A stretch of 32,901 nucleotides of DNA, from contig CAZMPS010000001.1 in assembly GCA_964568305.1 (NCBI GenBank), forward strand, positions 1 to 32,901, written 5' to 3'. The notes under the pieces were generated by a model. The model was not told where the DNA came from. It saw only the letters and a program-made list of their open reading frames with translations, and ran no database searches. The stretch comes from an uncultured Burkholderiaceae bacterium. GTDB taxonomy: Bacteria > Pseudomonadota > Gammaproteobacteria > Burkholderiales > Burkholderiaceae_D. Shown here piece by piece: positions 31,119 through 32,901 of the stretch; within the stretch, counting starts at the first letter, position 1, and each line of letters starts with the position of its first letter. The translations under genes and the position numbers were made by a program.

Positions 31119-31910
31119 GTGAAAAATATGTTGAATAATCCTACCCATTTGATTTCTGTTGGTTTTCGTACTTTGTTTTACAAAGAGGTATTGCGCTTTT
31201 TGAAAGTGGCAACGCAAACCGTGACTGCGCCGATCTTAACGGCCATGTTGTATTTGCTTATTTTTGGTCATGTATTGGAGGCGCATGTTCAGGTTTATAC
31301 AGGTGTGCGCTATACCGCCTTTTTAATACCAGGCTTGGTGATGATGAGTGTGTTGCAAAATGCATTTGCCAATGCGTCTTCTTCGCTGATTCAATCCAAA
31401 ATTACTGGTAATTTGGTGTTTGTGTTATTGCCACCGCTTTCGACATTGGAGTTGTTTTGCGCTTATGTGTGTGCCTCTATCCTACGTGGTTTGGTTGTTG
31501 GTGGTGGCGTTTTGTTGATTACGATGTGGTTCGTGCCTTTATCGCTTGTTGCGCCTTTGTGGAGTATCGTGTTCGCCTTATTGGCAGCTGCTTTGCTTGG
31601 TACGATGGGCTTGATTGCTGGTATTTGGGCGGAAAAATTTGATCAGTTGGCCGCATTCCAGAACTTTATCATCGTGCCCGCGACCTTCTTGTCTGGCGTG
31701 TTTTATTCCATTCATACGTTGCCGTATTTTTGGCAAATGGTGTCGCATTGCAATCCATTTTTTTACATGATCGATGGCTTTCGGTATGGATTCTTTGGTG
31801 TTTCCGACGTCAATCCATGGCATAGCTTGCTGATTGTGAGCGTATCTCTTGTTGCGCTGGCTAGTGTTGCGATGGGCTTATTGAGAAGCGGTTATAAATT
31901 GCGTCATTAA
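31119..31910 (+). CDS. ABC-2 type exporter permease
   Basis: 263-aa six-TM protein immediately after the ATPase gene. The start is uncertain: GTG 31119 or ATG 31128. Confidence 0.8.
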   Translation: MKNMLNNPTHLISVGFRTLFYKEVLRFLKVATQTVTAPILTAMLYLLIFGHVLEAHVQVYTGVRYTAFLIPGLVMMSVLQNAFANASSSLIQSKITGNLVFVLLPPLSTLELFCAYVCASILRGLVVGGGVLLITMWFVPLSLVAPLWSIVFALLAAALLGTMGLIAGIWAEKFDQLAAFQNFIIVPATFLSGVFYSIHTLPYFWQMVSHCNPFFYMIDGFRYGFFGVSDVNPWHSLLIVSVSLVALASVAMGLLRSGYKLRH

Positions 31911-32007
31911 GAATCACTTGTATTCTCGTATCTCCATCTCATTGTATTACGTATAAGCGTATTGACGTATTAATGCGTTATTAAATTATTAATATTAGGA
32001 AAATTCT

Positions 32008-32247
32008 GTGTTACCTACCCCAGAACTCGTTAAAAATTACATCACGGCTGGCCTCGATTGCACGCATATCGAAGTCGAAGGAGATGGCCAGCATTTTAAT
32101 GCTGTGATTGTCTCGTCTTTATTTACCGACAAGCGTTTGATTGCTCGTCATCAATTAGTCTACGCTGCCTTGGGTGAGCGTATGCGGGAAGAGATTCATG
32201 CCTTGTCGATGAAAACATTGACGCCAGAAGAATTTCAAAAATATTAG
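32008..32247 (+). CDS. ibaG: BolA-family protein (IbaG/YrbA-like)
   Basis: 79 aa. IEVEGDGQHFNAVIVSSLFTDKRLIARHQLVYAAL matches the BolA fold pattern. It lies directly upstream of murA, as ibaG does in E. coli. Confidence 0.8.
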   Translation: MLPTPELVKNYITAGLDCTHIEVEGDGQHFNAVIVSSLFTDKRLIARHQLVYAALGERMREEIHALSMKTLTPEEFQKY

Positions 32248-32261
32248 AACAACAACAATAA

Positions 32262-32901
<640 letters not shown>

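Overview
Chromosomal segment of a Gram-negative bacterium. Protein sequences and gene order (petABC-sspAB, mlaFED-mlaA-mlaC-mlaB-ABC2-ibaG-murA) suggest a betaproteobacterium of Burkholderiales/Oxalobacteraceae type; this is inference only. Two housekeeping blocks flank an accessory segment of about 8.5 kb. The left block (1-5.9 kb) holds minC, ttcA, a MidA-type methyltransferase, a disrupted cysK and GTP-type PEPCK pckG. The right block (14.4-32.9 kb) holds divergent ssb/uvrA, yfhL ferredoxin, coaD, rsmD, an orphan pilin, a DegS/AlgW-like protease, petABC, sspAB, tRNA-Thr(UGU), the Mla operon, an ABC-2 exporter pair, ibaG and the murA 5' end. The accessory segment (5.9-14.4 kb) is visibly AT-rich and mosaic. 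It carries an orphan 305-aa protein, an IS21 istB relic, a possible second transposase relic, and a dense toxin-antitoxin island. The island has three divergent HipA-family Ser/Thr kinase genes, each with a different partner architecture: (1) kinase first, then an XRE-HTH gene overlapping by ATGA; (2) a YjjJ/HipH-like HTH-kinase fusion; (3) canonical hipB-hipA with a 14-nt overlap. An RHH-antitoxin/MazF-like pair follows, and its toxin is frameshifted near the 5' end. The most unusual non-coding feature is eight exactly phased 12-bp direct repeats (TGAATAnAnnTn) that fill the gap between hipA and the HTH-kinase fusion gene. No CRISPR arrays, rRNA genes or intact mobile elements were seen. All functional calls come from reading the translated ORFs and motifs by eye; no database search was possible.
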